From positions 218,071 to 282,070 of the forward strand of contig NMRA01000163.1 in NCBI GenBank assembly GCA_002633005.1: a stretch of 64,000 nt of DNA, in the 5' to 3' direction. Made by a program: the position numbers and the translations under genes. Below the pieces are notes generated by a model. It did not search any database and had not been told where the DNA came from. It saw only the letters and a list, made by a program, of their open reading frames with translations. This stretch comes from Phoronis australis. Its lineage: Eukaryota; Animalia; Phoronida. Positions 47,594 through 62,534 of the stretch are shown piece by piece. Every line of letters starts with the position of its first letter. Position 1 is the stretch's first letter.

Positions 47594-50213
47594 ACGATTA
47601 CCTTATATCGTTGTGTTTATATTGTGATAGCGTTTCACATTCGTTTCGGTCAGTTTTGATCATTTTTGCAGCTCAGAGACTTGTGCATACGCTTTTGGAA
47701 ATGTTTGAGTCAATAATGTCACATTTTAAAACTTTTTAAAATCGTCGACTATAAAAACATCCATTTTGTTAGAAATACGTTTAAAGACGTCGCTACAGTG
47801 TTACCATACAATGCCAAAACAAAACTTCGCACGATTTGGCACATGGTCTGAATGACTTCAATGGTTTTATCTAAAATCTATTTCGCGGTGGTCGTTGTGA
47901 CATGTTGGCGTAGGCTGTAATCGTCGAAATTCAGCTCACAATCAAACTCTAATTTTTAACACGCCGCAGGGTTCGAGTACACTGATTTATACATGTAAGT
48001 GTAATCGAAGCATGCCATACATAATGTGTACATTCGAGCAAAGATTAGATTATCGTGACAACGATGACACAACGGGCCTAGGTAGGTAAAGTCATTATAA
48101 ACACACCATCACCAACCATGAGAAAACTGATGTTCTAAACGAGTAAAACAATCATTGTTGACTTGAAAAAATCCTAATTGCTTTTCTGTATTCGAAAAAT
48201 ACCGTGCAAGGGAACCATGCGTTACAACATTAATCACAATGCTTTGGTTCAGCCATATCCATTATCAATTTCAACACAGCCTCTCATTGGCTCAATTTAT
48301 ATACCATGACATCACAGTATGCACATTTTTGATTGGATAATTTCCGGTGAATACCGGAAACATTCTAAAAATAAACGTCAGCAACGGGTTTTTCGCCAAT
48401 GAAAAGAAATACCTTGTAAAATGAAGGGAGATAGAACGAAGAATTGTCGAAATGTGTACATGTATGTCACTGTCGAGGCGATCGGAGCCGTGGGAGATGT
48501 GACCCTATAATTATTTAATCCGCGCGTGAAAGGTGCAAGTACAGTAGGTGGAGGCGTGTGCTGCAAACAATTAGTAAAACTTCGACTTTTGAAATTACAC
48601 CAGAATGTTTGCGCGCCTGATGAATTCTTATTGAAATCCGTTGTATATTGCAATCAGTCCACTCAACGCAATTCTGGTGCCGCAGTAGACGATGTTTGGC
48701 AAGGATGTCGTTCTCGAGTCCTGTGGTCCACGATCGTTATTTTTATCAGTTGTTTAACCCGGCCATGCTCAGTGGCGTCCTCGCCAGAAACGGTTCTTAC
48801 TGCGTTTTTCCCAGGCAGTTCACACTTTACTGTACTTGTTGTTTTTCTTCAACTCTGTCGAAAATCTGTCAACAAAATGAAACTGCTACACATGACTGCA
48901 GGGACTTTATTGTGTCTCGCATTTTTGGTGCCTTCACTTCAACCAAAAAAGCAGCAAGGCTCCGAGAAAAGGTGGCATCTTAAAAGCGAAATTGGCAGTT
49001 GCCATCCCCAGACCACCACTTTCGTACCAATGCTAGACATAAACGAAACCCTCAATTCGGTAAATAAATTTCCCACACGTTCCAAAATTTGATCTTAACG
49101 TGCTGCCATCCAACTAGGTTTCTGCAATTGGTTCTGTGTTTCTTGAGGGCTACCTCTGAAATCGCAGCAGATTCCTCAGTCATTACGCAGCATTGCAACA
49201 AATGCTATAGGGGTGCGCCATTTTGAAGAAAAACATGTATCTTCAGCTGATCTAGTGGAATTTTCTCGTTCCCAAATATAATCAAACCAAATTCATTCAA
49301 CTAACATTATTACCTAACTGAAAACTGCCGCAAACCTGGCCTGCCCCAAACTATATTAAATTTCTAGGTACTAAAAATTGACCGCGGCTACATTGTAACA
49401 GTGCTGTGTCACTCAGGGCATTGACATTTGCAGCGCAGTTGTTATCACATCAATGAGCTGCGAACAAACGCAATGTGGGACGTTTACCTTGGTGGCGCTT
49501 TAGGCGTTGAAAATAAATCTCTTGGCCTACATGGATGCTTGGCACCCTCTATAAGGGTAAAAGTGCATGCCAACACCAACTGTGATAATTTCGATGTTTT
49601 TATTAACTGGTGTTTCCAACTATGATTTCATGTAATAAAGATAGCAGTCGGCTGCCAGTCGAAGCCATGAACTTCAATCCAGGTCCGAGTCGCTAAAAAA
49701 CAATGCAACCCTGCCTACACTTGTATTGATTTTTTTTTCGCATGAGTGCTACACTGTTTGTAAAAGAGTTTGCTGTTACAAAAACAAACTCATCATTTGT
49801 CATATCCGTAGGCTTTGTTATTGGAAGCAGTAAGTTTACGTTCGGGCTGGTCCTTGGTCGCCATTGGTCTCAGTGATCATGACCGTCACCATCGATCACC
49901 TTCGACCCAGCGTATCGAGCACTTGTCAAATATTTAGTCACAAATGGATCCGATATTTGTCAGCTTTGTAATCAATCATTAACGACTTGGCTATTATTTT
50001 GCTTAAAACAAAGCGTATCGCATCCGGTCGGTAAACAGTTTATAGAATTCTCTAGCCACAGCTGTAGAGTCAACCTTTTGGGCTCAACTGATCATGTCCT
50101 GCCGTTATAATTAAAGAATTTGAGGAATCTCGTGTGACTAAACATTCTCGCAGCAACTTCGGAAACATCTAAAAAGAACATAACACAGAAAAGGTGTCTT
50201 GGGGAAGCAAAAG

Positions 50214-53200
50214 ATGTCTTCGACACGGTTACCTGCTATCAAAATTGTAAGTTTAAAACGTTTCTTTTACAAATTGGTACATGCATTAGTACATTGCATC
50301 TTAGACGCCTTTTCTCGTCCCCACTACATTAATGACGTCTTTATTACGCGCACTAACATGCCATGTGTAACTTCATGAACCATTGACACAGTATATGTCT
50401 CATGAAAACAACCATTTTCTTATTTTCTCACAAATGACTTGGTTTGCCAAATTTGTACCCTCCCCCCCTTGGTAGCATCACAATTTTACACACCCTCCCC
50501 CCATGTCCAGGTTATGAGAGACAGCTGAGCATTACATTGCTCAGCTTCTTGAAGTGTAAAGTAGACGAGCAACTGTTGCTTAAAAGTGTTAAATTCTCTA
50601 TTAACCAGGCTGAAATCGACATTCTTCAGAGACGAACTTAATCTTTCAAGGCAATGTCAATCATTGTGTCCTTATTCTTTGTTTGAATTGAAATTGATTA
50701 CGGAAAATTGTCTTGCATTTCCCTGACGACTAAATTGCACTGACGAGTGACAAGGTGCCGGGACCGACACTATGATAACGTAATCACCTGTCACTTCGTC
50801 TCGAGTATAAAAATCATATTTAAACAGAGTAAGGAATAATGATGAGACCGAGTCTATAACAATTGGTGGCTTTAATCCAAAGTTAGTTTTTGACATAACG
50901 CGTAATTTTTACCTTGTTTAAGATGTTTACCCGACCGTGACCAGTGTCCAGCGTACACTTTTCTCAAGACTCAAACTGACATCTGATCTGTTGCACCCAG
51001 TGAAACTTGAGAGGTGGATTTAGCAGCGAAACGTCAATACTTCGCTACAATAGGATCACTTTTAAACTTCGGTGCTATCTGAGTTATCGGCAGGAGTCAC
51101 TGCCTGCGTTTGCCAACAGCGGGCGGTGACAGGTTACTATTTATCCATTTGTTCTAATGTTTTTTGGCGACATAAGCATTCTGTTTCAATTTATCCACGT
51201 ATTTTCTGGATACCTTATATTACAAATCACTGAACCTCTTGTGTACGCAAAGCCAGTTCCTGTCACGCCATACTGCCTTTGTTTGGATCAGCTGTAAGCC
51301 AAGTTTTTTTAAATATGTCATTTCTAGTACATTTTCATCGTCTCAACGTGGCAACTGTTGGCTGCCTTGTGAAGTTGACGCTCTAGTTTCTATCTGGGGA
51401 GAGGGAGAAATATTTGCCATTTTGATGGCAAGAACTGTACTGTCAAATTCAATAAGGCCATATGACCTTTTGTGATAACGTCGCTGAACTATAATTCCGA
51501 AGCTGATGGGAACACTAACGCTTAACTTCGCTTTCATTACGGTTAGCATTGAAGCTTCTGTAGTAGCAAAGTTATTTTCAACTTTCGCTGTTGATCTACC
51601 ACATCAGTTAATTCAGGCCCAGTCCACTATATGCGAAGCTGTGCCAATAACCGAATTGTGCAAAACATTGGAGAATTTTCTATGACGTATGATATAAATG
51701 AGATATGGGCCCGTGAGCCTAAATACGTGCATACACTAGCTAGTGCGCCAGATAAACTTGTGTTGTGGCATACCTTACGTCTGAGTTTTGCATTTCTCTC
51801 GGAAGTGGTCATTTTCCATCCAGTAGCCTATACGTATTGATTTATTTATACCTTTTTATCTCTTCCAGGGTACTCGCAAACTGATTTCTAACAGGGAACA
51901 GTTGTTCAGCCACAATCGCTCTTCTACATTTCCTAAATACACAACGCAATCTCTTGTCAAAATAAAAGGAACGGAATTCGAAAGTCATGGCACTATGAAA
52001 TGTTTCACAGTATTTATCAAATACCCAGATGGAGGGGTAAGAACCGTTCGAGACGTACCAGACGGTACAACTGTCCAAACGTTGAAAGGTAATATGGAGT
52101 TGCAGTCAGGATTGCCGAGCCACATCTATGCCATTTTTTCTTCAGAAGGTATCGAACTTAATGGTGAACTTCAATTGTGGGCTAACATGAACATCCGAGA
52201 TGGAGCCATACTGCGAGCGCACTTGTACGACACGTGGGAAGTTTTATACCAGGCATGTGCAACTGGCAGTTTGAACAAAATATATTATGATAGTGCGATT
52301 CAAGTATTGGATGACGTTGAGAACGAGGATTCCGAAAACAAAAGATTGGTTCCGGACAGAGCATTTGTAGCCTTATTTATAGCGTGCTTCATGGGAAAGA
52401 AGAATATCTGTGAGGCGTTACTGTCCCTAGGTGCGAATATTTCTTCAATTTATTTCAGAAAAAGACAATAATAGCTTAGATGAAATAACCAACAAGTCCT
52501 TTACACGCTTCAATTTCATTTCCAAGATCAAAATCTGTATTCAAAATGTGTAGGTCTAGAGTTACACTGGTGTTGGCAGGCCAGATTAACAACGCAAAGT
52601 ACGCATATCAATGAGCATCTCTGAGGCACCGCTCACATATTACATCATCCAAAAACTGCCAATTTTTACCCCTCCCTTCATTCCCTTTCACTGTTGAAAA
52701 AAAGACATATACATGGACATGGTGATAACTTCGCCGTTTCTTATTTTCTTCACCCAATTTGTGACCATTATCCTCAACTGCATTTGATAACGTCAACAGA
52801 CCTCGTAACCCCTAATCCTGTCATCAGTCGCCATGTTTTCCAAATTTCCTCTCCTGGTGCCGTATTATCTGTACGGTCCTCATATTATTCTGCGGCCTAT
52901 TTTGTGTTTGAAGAGCTGTTAATGGAAGTGACAGAAAATCTAAGCCAACTGAACATTAAAGGTACTAATTCTGTAGTTGGTTGTGAAACAGTCGAACTCG
53001 CCTGCTGAGTGAAAGAGCCCAACAGAAGCTCTGATTATGTTAATAATATGTACTTTGCTAGATGGCGAATCATACAACCTGTTTGTCATCTTTTCCTCCA
53101 AAGACTAAATTCTTGCTATGGCCACAGTCGTGTAGATGTATAACTAAATAACTGTGGAGTATATGCTTCTGTGTTCGGACTTCGTACTTGAACCTTTCAG

Positions 53201-56200
53201 GGTGATTTCCTCTTGTGATGTGTGAAGATGAGCGGACGCTCCTCCTGATCGAATAACAGTAGCTCATATATTTTTTTCTTTAAAGAACTTCTGTGGTCGT
53301 TAAAACCCTGTGTGGCATCACATACAACGTAGACCTTCTGTGGACATCAAGTATACTAACCTAGCTATCAACATGTCTTAACCGTCACCAGCTTATTTAA
53401 ATAACAAATGTAACAACTAAATGATCTGTAAGCCACGCAAGCTTTCAAAATCTCTGAGTAAGTTACATAGTAACTTTTATTTTACACTCTTTGCTTTATC
53501 CACACGGCTGACTAACGGTTTGTTAGAACTATTACTTGTGAAGAAGTCCACCGCGACTAACAACAACCACTTGAGGCAAGTGGGTTGCGTTCCGTAGATC
53601 AAGTTTCTCAATAGAAAAGCGAGACTACGTGGCATCACACAAGTAAAAGACAAGATGCTTCGGAAGTACGCTCGTGGTCTTAATAGTCAAACCTAGCAAA
53701 ACGTCGATCCCTGCATGAAGTTTTCGGACGGTGAGTTTGGAATTTGGAATCTTGATATAAAATGATGGGACAAAATTCATATTTCACCTTCCATAAGCGA
53801 AGATTTTATGCGGCAAGTGCAAACTAATGTCTTTGGTCTACGGAACGAAACCCAGAACGATGCCATTAATACTCACAAGAAGAGGTGGTCGTGTAATAAC
53901 GCGTGACATAATGCATTCATGATACAATCTCCGAGGAAACAGGGGTTTGGTCATATTCCTTTGAATTTTTATTTTTCAGGTGCTGACACACAGTGCACCA
54001 CAATTTTTATGAACTCTGCACTGCATGCCGCCGTGTGCAGAGACAATTTGCAAATATTAGAGGTCCTTATTGAGCATGGGGCAAATGCTAGGCAACACAA
54101 TCAGGAAGGGAAAACGCCTCTTGTTGTCGCGCGCGAATTCGGTGCCCTGTGCTGCGAAAAAAGACTTCGTCTGTTTCAGTGGAGTTTGGAAAGTGGGAAT
54201 CTAGTTTTGGATACTGAGACAAAACAGAAGAGATTTGATAGATATGCAAAATCTCATCGCCCACAGACTACCGTGTCAGAAAAACATCGACGAACGAAAA
54301 GCGCACCAGTAGACCCCCAGCAACTATTCGACTTTGGCAACAGACTTGTTACCATGCAACCAACTCGTGCTGTATCCGTTTCGCGAGATCCCGTAACTGC
54401 ATCCGGGCCTTGCAACATTAGGCTCACACCAGATCCCACGGCAGTGCAGGTTGAAGAGAAAACGACATTGTCGCTAGAAATCAGACTAATATCTGAACCA
54501 AGTTCTTCTGAGACATGCCATCGAATGATCAAACACAATGAACAAGCTGCCAACCAAGGAAACACGGCTGTGCCGCAGAACACTACCGAAACTGTGTCTC
54601 CACAGTCCACAAAATTATGTAATCCTGATATGACGCCACAGCCGAGCTGTGACGACCAATCGGATACCTGTTCATGTTCTGCCAAAGGACTAACGCCAAT
54701 AGAAAAGTCTAAATACAGACGAATATCCTGCTCCAACGCTGACGAGTGGTTGGTATTTTTATTCCAGATCAAATTTACTTTTGCAAGCGCCATGCACGTC
54801 ATCTTACAAGGGTATTTGTATTTGCTCACACTGAAGGCAAGTCGAACTGACACATTTGGTTAGTAGGAAATTTGTCATGATGTCGTCTGTAGGCCTACAC
54901 TAATAAACGTCAGCCACTTCATGCACTAGTTTTAAAAAATCACAAAGGTGCTCTTAGTCGTAAAAAGGCGAACCAATGAACATTTGGAAGGTTCTTGCAA
55001 TCAATTGCTTATAGGTAAGCTTCTAAATGTGCATTTTCTTGAAATATTTCAGGTTGAAATCCCTTCCAGGGAGAAAAACACTAGAAAACTGGTACCCAAC
55101 ACTGCATAACTTCTCGTCACGACACCCATCGGAAACGGACGACGAAAAAGAGGATCGGCGACGGAGAAACGAAGAAGCGTTTACCAATTGGCTTCAAAGA
55201 AAGAGAGAAAATGGCGAACTTGAGAAAAATAATGACGAAGAAGAAATTGATGATAACGATAAGGAGATTCGTCAACTTAAAGATAGACAGGCATACAACC
55301 GATGGCTTCAGAAAAAACGCGAATACTTCAAAAAGAAAGATAATCTAAAAGGTTTGGACAAGAGACAAAGTTTGAAAAACTTCCGAATTGCCAAGGGGAA
55401 CGACGTGAAATTAAAATCTTCCTTTATTTTGGAATGCACTGATGATAGGCGATATGCGGAAAGTGACGTTGGAAAAAATTCCACCGCTTTTCAAGACTGG
55501 CTGCAACGAAAAATGGAACAGAATGCATTGGATAGAGAGCATGTTACGAAGAAAAACTCAGGAAAAGAACCGAGACAGTGGAACGACAAACGCAAGGCCG
55601 ATCTTGGTTTTGTCAAAACATATGAAGATTGGATAGCCGAAAAATATGAAGAGGAGCAAGCGATGAAGCAAAAAGGAAACGAAGCCAAGACGAAACTTAT
55701 CCAACAGGAAGAGGAAGAAAGGCGTCGACGTTGCCCAAGGCAGATTGCATTTGAGGAATGGGTGCGAAACGTACCACGACGACAAAGTACTATTGGTGCA
55801 GGTTACTGGCAAGAGAACGCAGACAAAAGACGAGAAAAAGCTATATCGTTATGGCGAAAGAGATACTCTAAAAACTGGAAGTCATTTGACGAGTGGATAC
55901 GAGCCAAAGCTGCTGAAGAAAGTTTAGAAAGACAAAAGGCAGCAGCGAAAAAATCAGATGAAGAAGGATCTGAACAAGAAGGAAAGGTGGAGCGTCTTTC
56001 ATTTAGCCAGTGGGTAACAGCAAAAGAACAAAATCAGTTAAAGTTGGAAGAAAAACTGTTGAAAGAAGAAAAAAAGAAACTGGAAGAAGCAAAGAAAGAA
56101 GCAGAACGAATGGAAGAAGAACTCAGAAGAAAGTTAAAGCTGGAACAGTTAGCAGAAGAAAGACGTAAATTGGAGAAAGAAATTATGAAGCAGAAAGACC

Positions 56201-56241
56201 ACGCTAGGAAATCATCAGCAGAATCTTCAAATCAAACGTAA
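50214..56241 (+). CDS. ANKRD60-like protein: ubiquitin-like domain + ankyrin repeats + long charged coiled-coil tail, about 850 aa
   Basis: Exons 50214-50246 (tentative; alternative start ATG 51995), 51869-52430, 53980-54748 and 55053-56241 join in frame (2553 nt). Ubl-like segment FTVFIKYPDG...TVQTLKGNMELQSGLP, then RAFVALFIAC and ankyrin motifs SALHAAV and GKTPLVVA. Confidence 0.8.
51335..51480 (+). pseudogene. Myb/SANT-like (trihelix) DNA-binding domain remnant, probably from a PIF/Harbinger element
   Basis: QRGNCWLPCEVDALVSIWGEGEI matches the W-x3-E-x2-AL-x2-IWGE pattern of Myb/SANT-like domains. The ORF stops soon after. Confidence 0.5.
53582..53853. mobile_element. Harbinger-like MITE in ANKRD60-like intron 2
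   Basis: 21 bp TIR gggttgcgttccgtagatcaa / ttggtctacggaacgaaaccc with 2 mismatches. Confidence 0.7.
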
Positions 56242-56424
56242 TCATGTTTTACAAGAACGTGTTTTCAGACGTACCTGAGCGAAACCGATGTCGTTTTATC
56301 TTCTAAAAGAGTGAAACTAGTCGACAAACAGTTGTGGTTTAGTAGAAACATTTGAAAACAGAACCATGACAAGATACGTAATACCATCATGTTCTTCATC
56401 TTCTTTTCTTTATTTTCTTCCTTC

Positions 56425-56490
56425 CCATCACCATCATCATCATCAACATCATCATCACCATCCACTGCATCATCAACAGCATCATCTTAA
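56425..56490 (+). repeat. Imperfect (CAT)n microsatellite
   Basis: ccatcaccatcatcatcatcaacatcatcatcaccatcc, downstream of the ANKRD60-like stop codon. Confidence 0.85.
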
Positions 56491-59400
56491 TCTCCATAAT
56501 CTCACAAAAACATTCATACACGAGATAAAAGATTTTGTTAAGTTTTCAATTGGGACTCATTGAAGTTGTTTTAGAATCAACCATTGTCAAATATTTTTAG
56601 TACACTCATGTTTCGAACGTTTGGCATCACAAAAGAATGTTTTCATATGTGCCAAATAAAGGGCACTTTCATTGATACGAAATAGATGCAATATGTAACA
56701 TGCCTGTGAGACCACTAAACGAATCGCTAAGAATTTAACAAGATGTTTGGAACATTCCTCTATCCTCTGCCATGATTAAAGTGTAAGGTGAGTTTGTACA
56801 CTGTCCAGTAGACATTTGTTCCATGGTGTAATTTTGATTGAAAAATACTCCAAGGTTTATGCAGGCAAGGCAAAGAACGACCTCAGTACCGTATTGTTAC
56901 TTGCTGCACTTGGCGAGGACTCTGCCGGGTAAAGCGGCTAAGACATCTCGTCCATTCTTGATAACGACTTCGGACTTTTGATTTAAAAGATGGAAGTCAT
57001 CATCAGGAACTAATCAGATGTCTTAACCGGTTGATCCGGGCGGGTTTGGCTTTGTCAGTCAACTGCAGCCACTGCGTTACATCTTGAAAAAAACAAAATC
57101 CACATGAAGTGAACTAAACTTCTCAAAAAGGTCCAGAAATCGATGTTCAGCTGTCAACATTTTTGTTACTTTTCTTCGTATGGTGTAGTTTTGAACGTCA
57201 GTTATTGCTCTTAAACCACATCTCTTTCTAACATAACTCATTTTCACAATTTAACTAACCTGCTGTAAATCAGGGCTTGGTGCGAGAGTTGCAAAATTGT
57301 ACTTTGATTGTCAGGGATATTATCAGTAGCGGTTATTTCCCAATCCAAACGAAAAAAAATTCACTAGTGCACATTTTCAATGAGAAGTTGCAAATTTGAC
57401 TACTCTCCAATCAAACCAAATATCGTGGCAATAGGCAAGGATAGTTGCCACGTCGACACAAACATGTGATCTAAGAAGAAGAATTGCGTCGACAGGTTTA
57501 GCAATAGTAGGCCTACATGTATGCTAAGAAGGTGCAGCAGTATAATTGATTGACATTACTGATGCAAGTAACTGTGACAAATCTTTGATTTCAATGCTTG
57601 TCAAATGTGTGATCTGTGAATGTAGTGTCTAAAAATAATGTCGATGTGTTTTTACATGAACCACCAGACGATCACTGGTGGTTACGGTAACATGATAAAC
57701 AAAACCAAAATTTGCAACTTTTACATTCCCGCCAAGCCCTGTATAACAGAAGGTTTGTGGTCACCTAACTATGTGTTACAGTAGTCTGCAGTATTCAAGT
57801 AAAAATGACAGAGTGCCATTCGGTATTTACTCTCAATTTTAAGAGAGATCTTCATTTTAATGTCGATTCCCAATGGAGCACAATGTAAACGTTAATTGTT
57901 TTCTCATAGAGAAAAGGTGACGTCATTGCGATGAATCCGCAACGTGTTAAAAATATCTGCCGATTTTACCAGAAATCAATATGGTTCCGAGAAGTATAAT
58001 TGCCTTCATATCCTGAAAGTTTGGTGACATCTCCTATCGACACGCTCAAACGCTGATTGATCGATCTTAGAGTATTGCTAACAAACGAAATACCCCAGCA
58101 ACACGCAGAAATGGCAGCTCGTCATTCACGCATTGCATTCCGTTACGAACAACAAGCATTTTAAAACATTATGAACTCAAGTGAAGTAATTTTTGTCCCC
58201 AACGACTTTAAGTCTATGTGCCTGAGTAACTTCATAAGAAGTCCACGGGAAAGTAGGGCGCAAGCTCGTCGCATAGATATCGCTAGAATCTGTTGTTTAC
58301 TTTGTTTTTCTCTCTTATAATAAAGATAATGGTAAGCATTCATCGGTAACCGGCTGGTGTGCGCCCAAGACGGGTACGATATCCGTGCGACCTGTCTTTC
58401 TATATCCAACAAAGACGCAACAAAGGAAAACAATGGTAGCGTCTCATAGGCGACACGCTTATGTCCCTCGCATGGATCTCGCAAGTTAAACAATAGTTAA
58501 ACATTTGCTCGGTGCTACAAGGGGGCAGTCTTGCAAATTATGTCGGGAAGTCTTTTTGTCAAAGCATTGATAACACTTGTCAATTAACCAATTTATGTAT
58601 GAAGTCCTGGGCTTAACTAGTTTTTATTTCGCAAATACGCATTTGTGTAATCACATTTAGTACTTATAAATTAAAGCGTTTTAGACGTAGCGTGACCAAA
58701 CTCTTCTTTTGCTAAATGCCTTTGATCAGACAAACGTCAAATGACAATTTCAATCATCAGTGCCCAAGGCCGGGCATGAAAACAAGTGACATTTTTGCAT
58801 CATGGCGTAAAAATTGTAAACTTAACGCAAATAGCTAACGACGTCCTCAAATTAGAAAATACAAACTCGATAACCCTAGATTAACTAATTTAACCGTTAC
58901 AGCCCGAGCATTTTCACAAACACATGTTGCTAGCATTATGTTCAAAATTTTCTACACAGTGTTGGAAATCTTTTGGTCGTTTTATTTGCCCTGCCATAAG
59001 GGTATAAAAATAAATCCGTTATACCCCATTGCCTAACTTACTAGCATTATCTTCTGTTTCAGCATTGCCCATCTAACAGGATTATTGATGCTTGCGTGTC
59101 TCCTGGTATTTAACTCTCAGTTACTGTTGTTCAGTAAGAACTTGAACTCATAAGTGAAATCAGTATGGTTGCCGTGACTGGAATCTATCAAAGAGTAATT
59201 ACCATTACCATAAATACACTGTAATTTCATAAAGTATCACGATTTTGATATATAATTGCCGTTATTCAGTTAAATAAAATACTTTGAAGATTCGTTATAT
59301 TTGTTGGTCATTTAGTAAAAAATGATTTGCTAATTGGGAAATTCTTGTTGCTATCCTCATTCGTCTAGCTACGTGTATCTAAGAAAGCCGCGACATTGCG

Positions 59401-62400
59401 TAGTGCATGCAGTTGCCACTATCCGATTGTTTGGTGATTTTGAGGTATTATCTATATTATCAATCTCTTTTGCTCTGTGTAGTCATCAAGTTTTCTGAAA
59501 ATCATCAAGAACTCTCCGAATGTCTAAAATGCTTGGTAGCCACCTGTCCTGGTAATATGCGCAACTCGAGTCAACTGACTGTGTAAGACTTTTATTAAAC
59601 TTTTCCGTTGTATCCGCTCCTTATAGATTTTGAGTTGTTTGGAATTGCAACTAGACAAGATTCTTAACAAAACTTTTACCTTTTTACCTGCATTTCTAAT
59701 TGAAGAACTATACTTTGAGAGACCGAGTAGCCCTGTCTTAGGACTAGCACATGTTAATCGTAAAGAGTGCCAGGTGGCCTTTATTTTTCAGGGTACCTCG
59801 ATTCACTTTTTCTGCAATTATTACAAGGTAACGCAAGGACACACTGCTTTTGCCCGGATTTTTTTTGGTACTTGGATCACAGGTCGTGGTTGGCAACAAA
59901 TTGGTTTAATATTTAATTTTAATTTAGTCAAGCAACTTATTGTGGGTTTTCAAAAATAAATGAAGTACTTGCAACGCCTCACGTCTCTTACACGCAATTA
60001 CTTTTGTTCAGTTAAAGAATAACGTTAACGCATGTGTGAAATCAGTTTCAATGGAACAAAGAGCAGAGTTTTAAAAACTTTTGGAAGGTTAATTAAATAT
60101 GCGGTAATTAACCTGGAACTGAATGTCGCCCTATTTACATGTAGCTAGTAATAAAATCTGAATTAGGCTTTTCGCTCTCAAAACCGGTCTCCTGATATCC
60201 CTTATCGTCATAGAATTCTATTTCTGCAAGCTTAAGCCCCTGGCAAAACGCGCTGTTTTAGAATTGGCAATCTTACAGTTGTCCTAACCCACTAAACTCT
60301 TCAGCGTTTTTTCGAGCCACAATGGTTTCGATGTTGTTGTTGGTAAGCAATAGGGAACGCTATCAGGATTAGAAATTTTGCGATGTCTCTGTGATGACAG
60401 CAAAAGGCCTAATTTATTTTCTTTTTTAACATTCTAAATGGGGAAAAATGCAACCTTAAAAAAACAACTTGAATGCGTGTAAAGGTTAGAAAAAGTAGAA
60501 CAAAAAAAAACAAAAAACAGGTGCTTGCAAGTTCAGTGCAGGCGTATTAGTTCTAATTTCCAAATGTCTTAACTTTGCCGTTATTTAGTTAAAATAAGAA
60601 CTTTAAGCTCAAATGTAAAATGTCGATTTTGCTCATTAGAAAGTAGAATTGCTATAGGTTGCATGCATATATTCTGATAATTCTAGCAGTTTAGGAAAGG
60701 GAAACCAATCGATTTATCTAACTAACGGGAACTGCTAAATGGACAAGGCTAGTTGAAACTTTCTAAATAAAATCATGATGAAGTTTGCTACAAGTGCACT
60801 TGTGTATATGCTTGAGATATCTCGAGTAGAAAGGGGTTGTATAGTGCAATAGAATTGTTGTTAAGTCCATCAAAGTAGAAATCTAACGATTCTTCTAATC
60901 AGAAGTTGCTGACTCACCGAAATTAATAGTACAGTAAAGGATAAAAACAATTTTTTTTTCTAATTATGAGACTTAGCTACTGCCTATATCTGGTATATCT
61001 TATAGTCCTGGGAAGTATACACTGAGCAACCGTACGTTACTAGAGGATACATGTTCATCACACAACTATGTTTTCGATTTTTCTCAGTTACATGTAAAAG
61101 GTTGTGCAGGATCAGAATGTACAGTATCCTGATTTTAAAGGCAGTGCGCGACCATAATTCCCAAACGCAACGGTTTACTTTACACCCCTCCCGTAAAAAA
61201 ACGTCGTTGTATTGTCTGAAGGAAGCGGCCACCGCTGAAGAACCTGGATTAGTTATAAGGGATCTTTCTATTGCAATTGTAAAAAACGGGTAGTTTCATT
61301 AAAAAGTGACAGATGTTCTTCCGTGCCCTTTGTCGAAATTAAAGCAATTCCTGTGGAAGTCCATTCACAACAGCGTCACATTGCACACTGCCTTAAGGTT
61401 ACGTAAGACCCTAAACTGTCCAAATTTGGCTAACTCCGCAGCATTATACCTCTGAAATGGATGACTGGATTCAAACGACACTTTCAGAAACTTGGCTTCA
61501 TCCATTGTTCTCCAAAACGCAGAATTTTTTAAAAATTATTCCATTTTTGCATGAGGGAATATGAGGAATAGGGCTAGTAATTGGAATGAGATGAAAACAA
61601 AATAATTTTGAAAATTGTAACAGGAGTTCTGAGATTGTGTCCTGAACACTTGTATCAAAACAAATCCGGGCAAGTTAATGATATCGTTGTTTTGCTATCA
61701 ACGTGTTCTTCTTCTTAGTTAAAAATTCACCAAAAACGTGGCTACGTGACTTAATTAATAGCACCTAAGTGTAATCGTCACAATTTCTACTTTTAGAAAA
61801 TATATACTTTTTGTTAGTTAAAATCTCTCATTTTCTATATATTTGACTAAATAAACGGACTTGTCGGTAAAGTTGTATGTAGCATTAAAAGTTCTACAAA
61901 ATGCCCTTTTATTGCTTGACCAAACACCACTCAAGATTTAAAGTATGTGGCTATAGTTTTATGTGCTTGGAGGCCAGTGGAGTGTATTCAAATGTTCTTG
62001 ATTGATTTTGCTTCTTTCTACTGCTTATCTGATTATTGATGACATTGTACACTGTACATGTACATGTATCTGCTCGTTGATATGTCGAGAACCTGACACG
62101 CCAAGGCGGTATGCTGCCATCTATTGGTTGGCACCAGGTAGCGCTGTTTTCTTCACTTTAAGAAGGCGGGGTTTAATATCGACCAGGCTAGCGGGGAATA
62201 TGGGGGAAGTAAATAGCGAATCTCGCCTGATTACATTCAGTTCATTAACAGTGTTTGTCGTGGTTCGTGTACTAAGACCTCTAATCGAGATAACAGAAAC
62301 AGACTGAGCTGCTTACTAGGAAGCAATTATCTCTCGAATGAGAAAAGAAGGCTAAAAAATATGCGTATTTTAGTTGATACAGTCTGTGGTTAGCCGCTGA

Positions 62401-62534
62401 GGTAATTTTGCGGAGGTGTACGCCGAATCACAATAAACGATCTCAGAAGAATAATTTCATATATTGGACAATCGCAAGTTGACGCCTAAGGTAGTTTGTT
62501 GACTAATAGACGCGGATGGGTGCAAAGAAGAGAC

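Noticed and set aside
48526-49092. 188 aa ORF and overlapping ORFs
   Set aside because: No recognisable motif or consistent splice structure; probably repeat-derived or chance.
54254-54853. 199 aa antisense ORF
   Set aside because: Shadow of ANKRD60-like exon 3.
56265-56563. Poly-His and poly-Asp ORFs
   Set aside because: Translations of the (CAT)n microsatellite.
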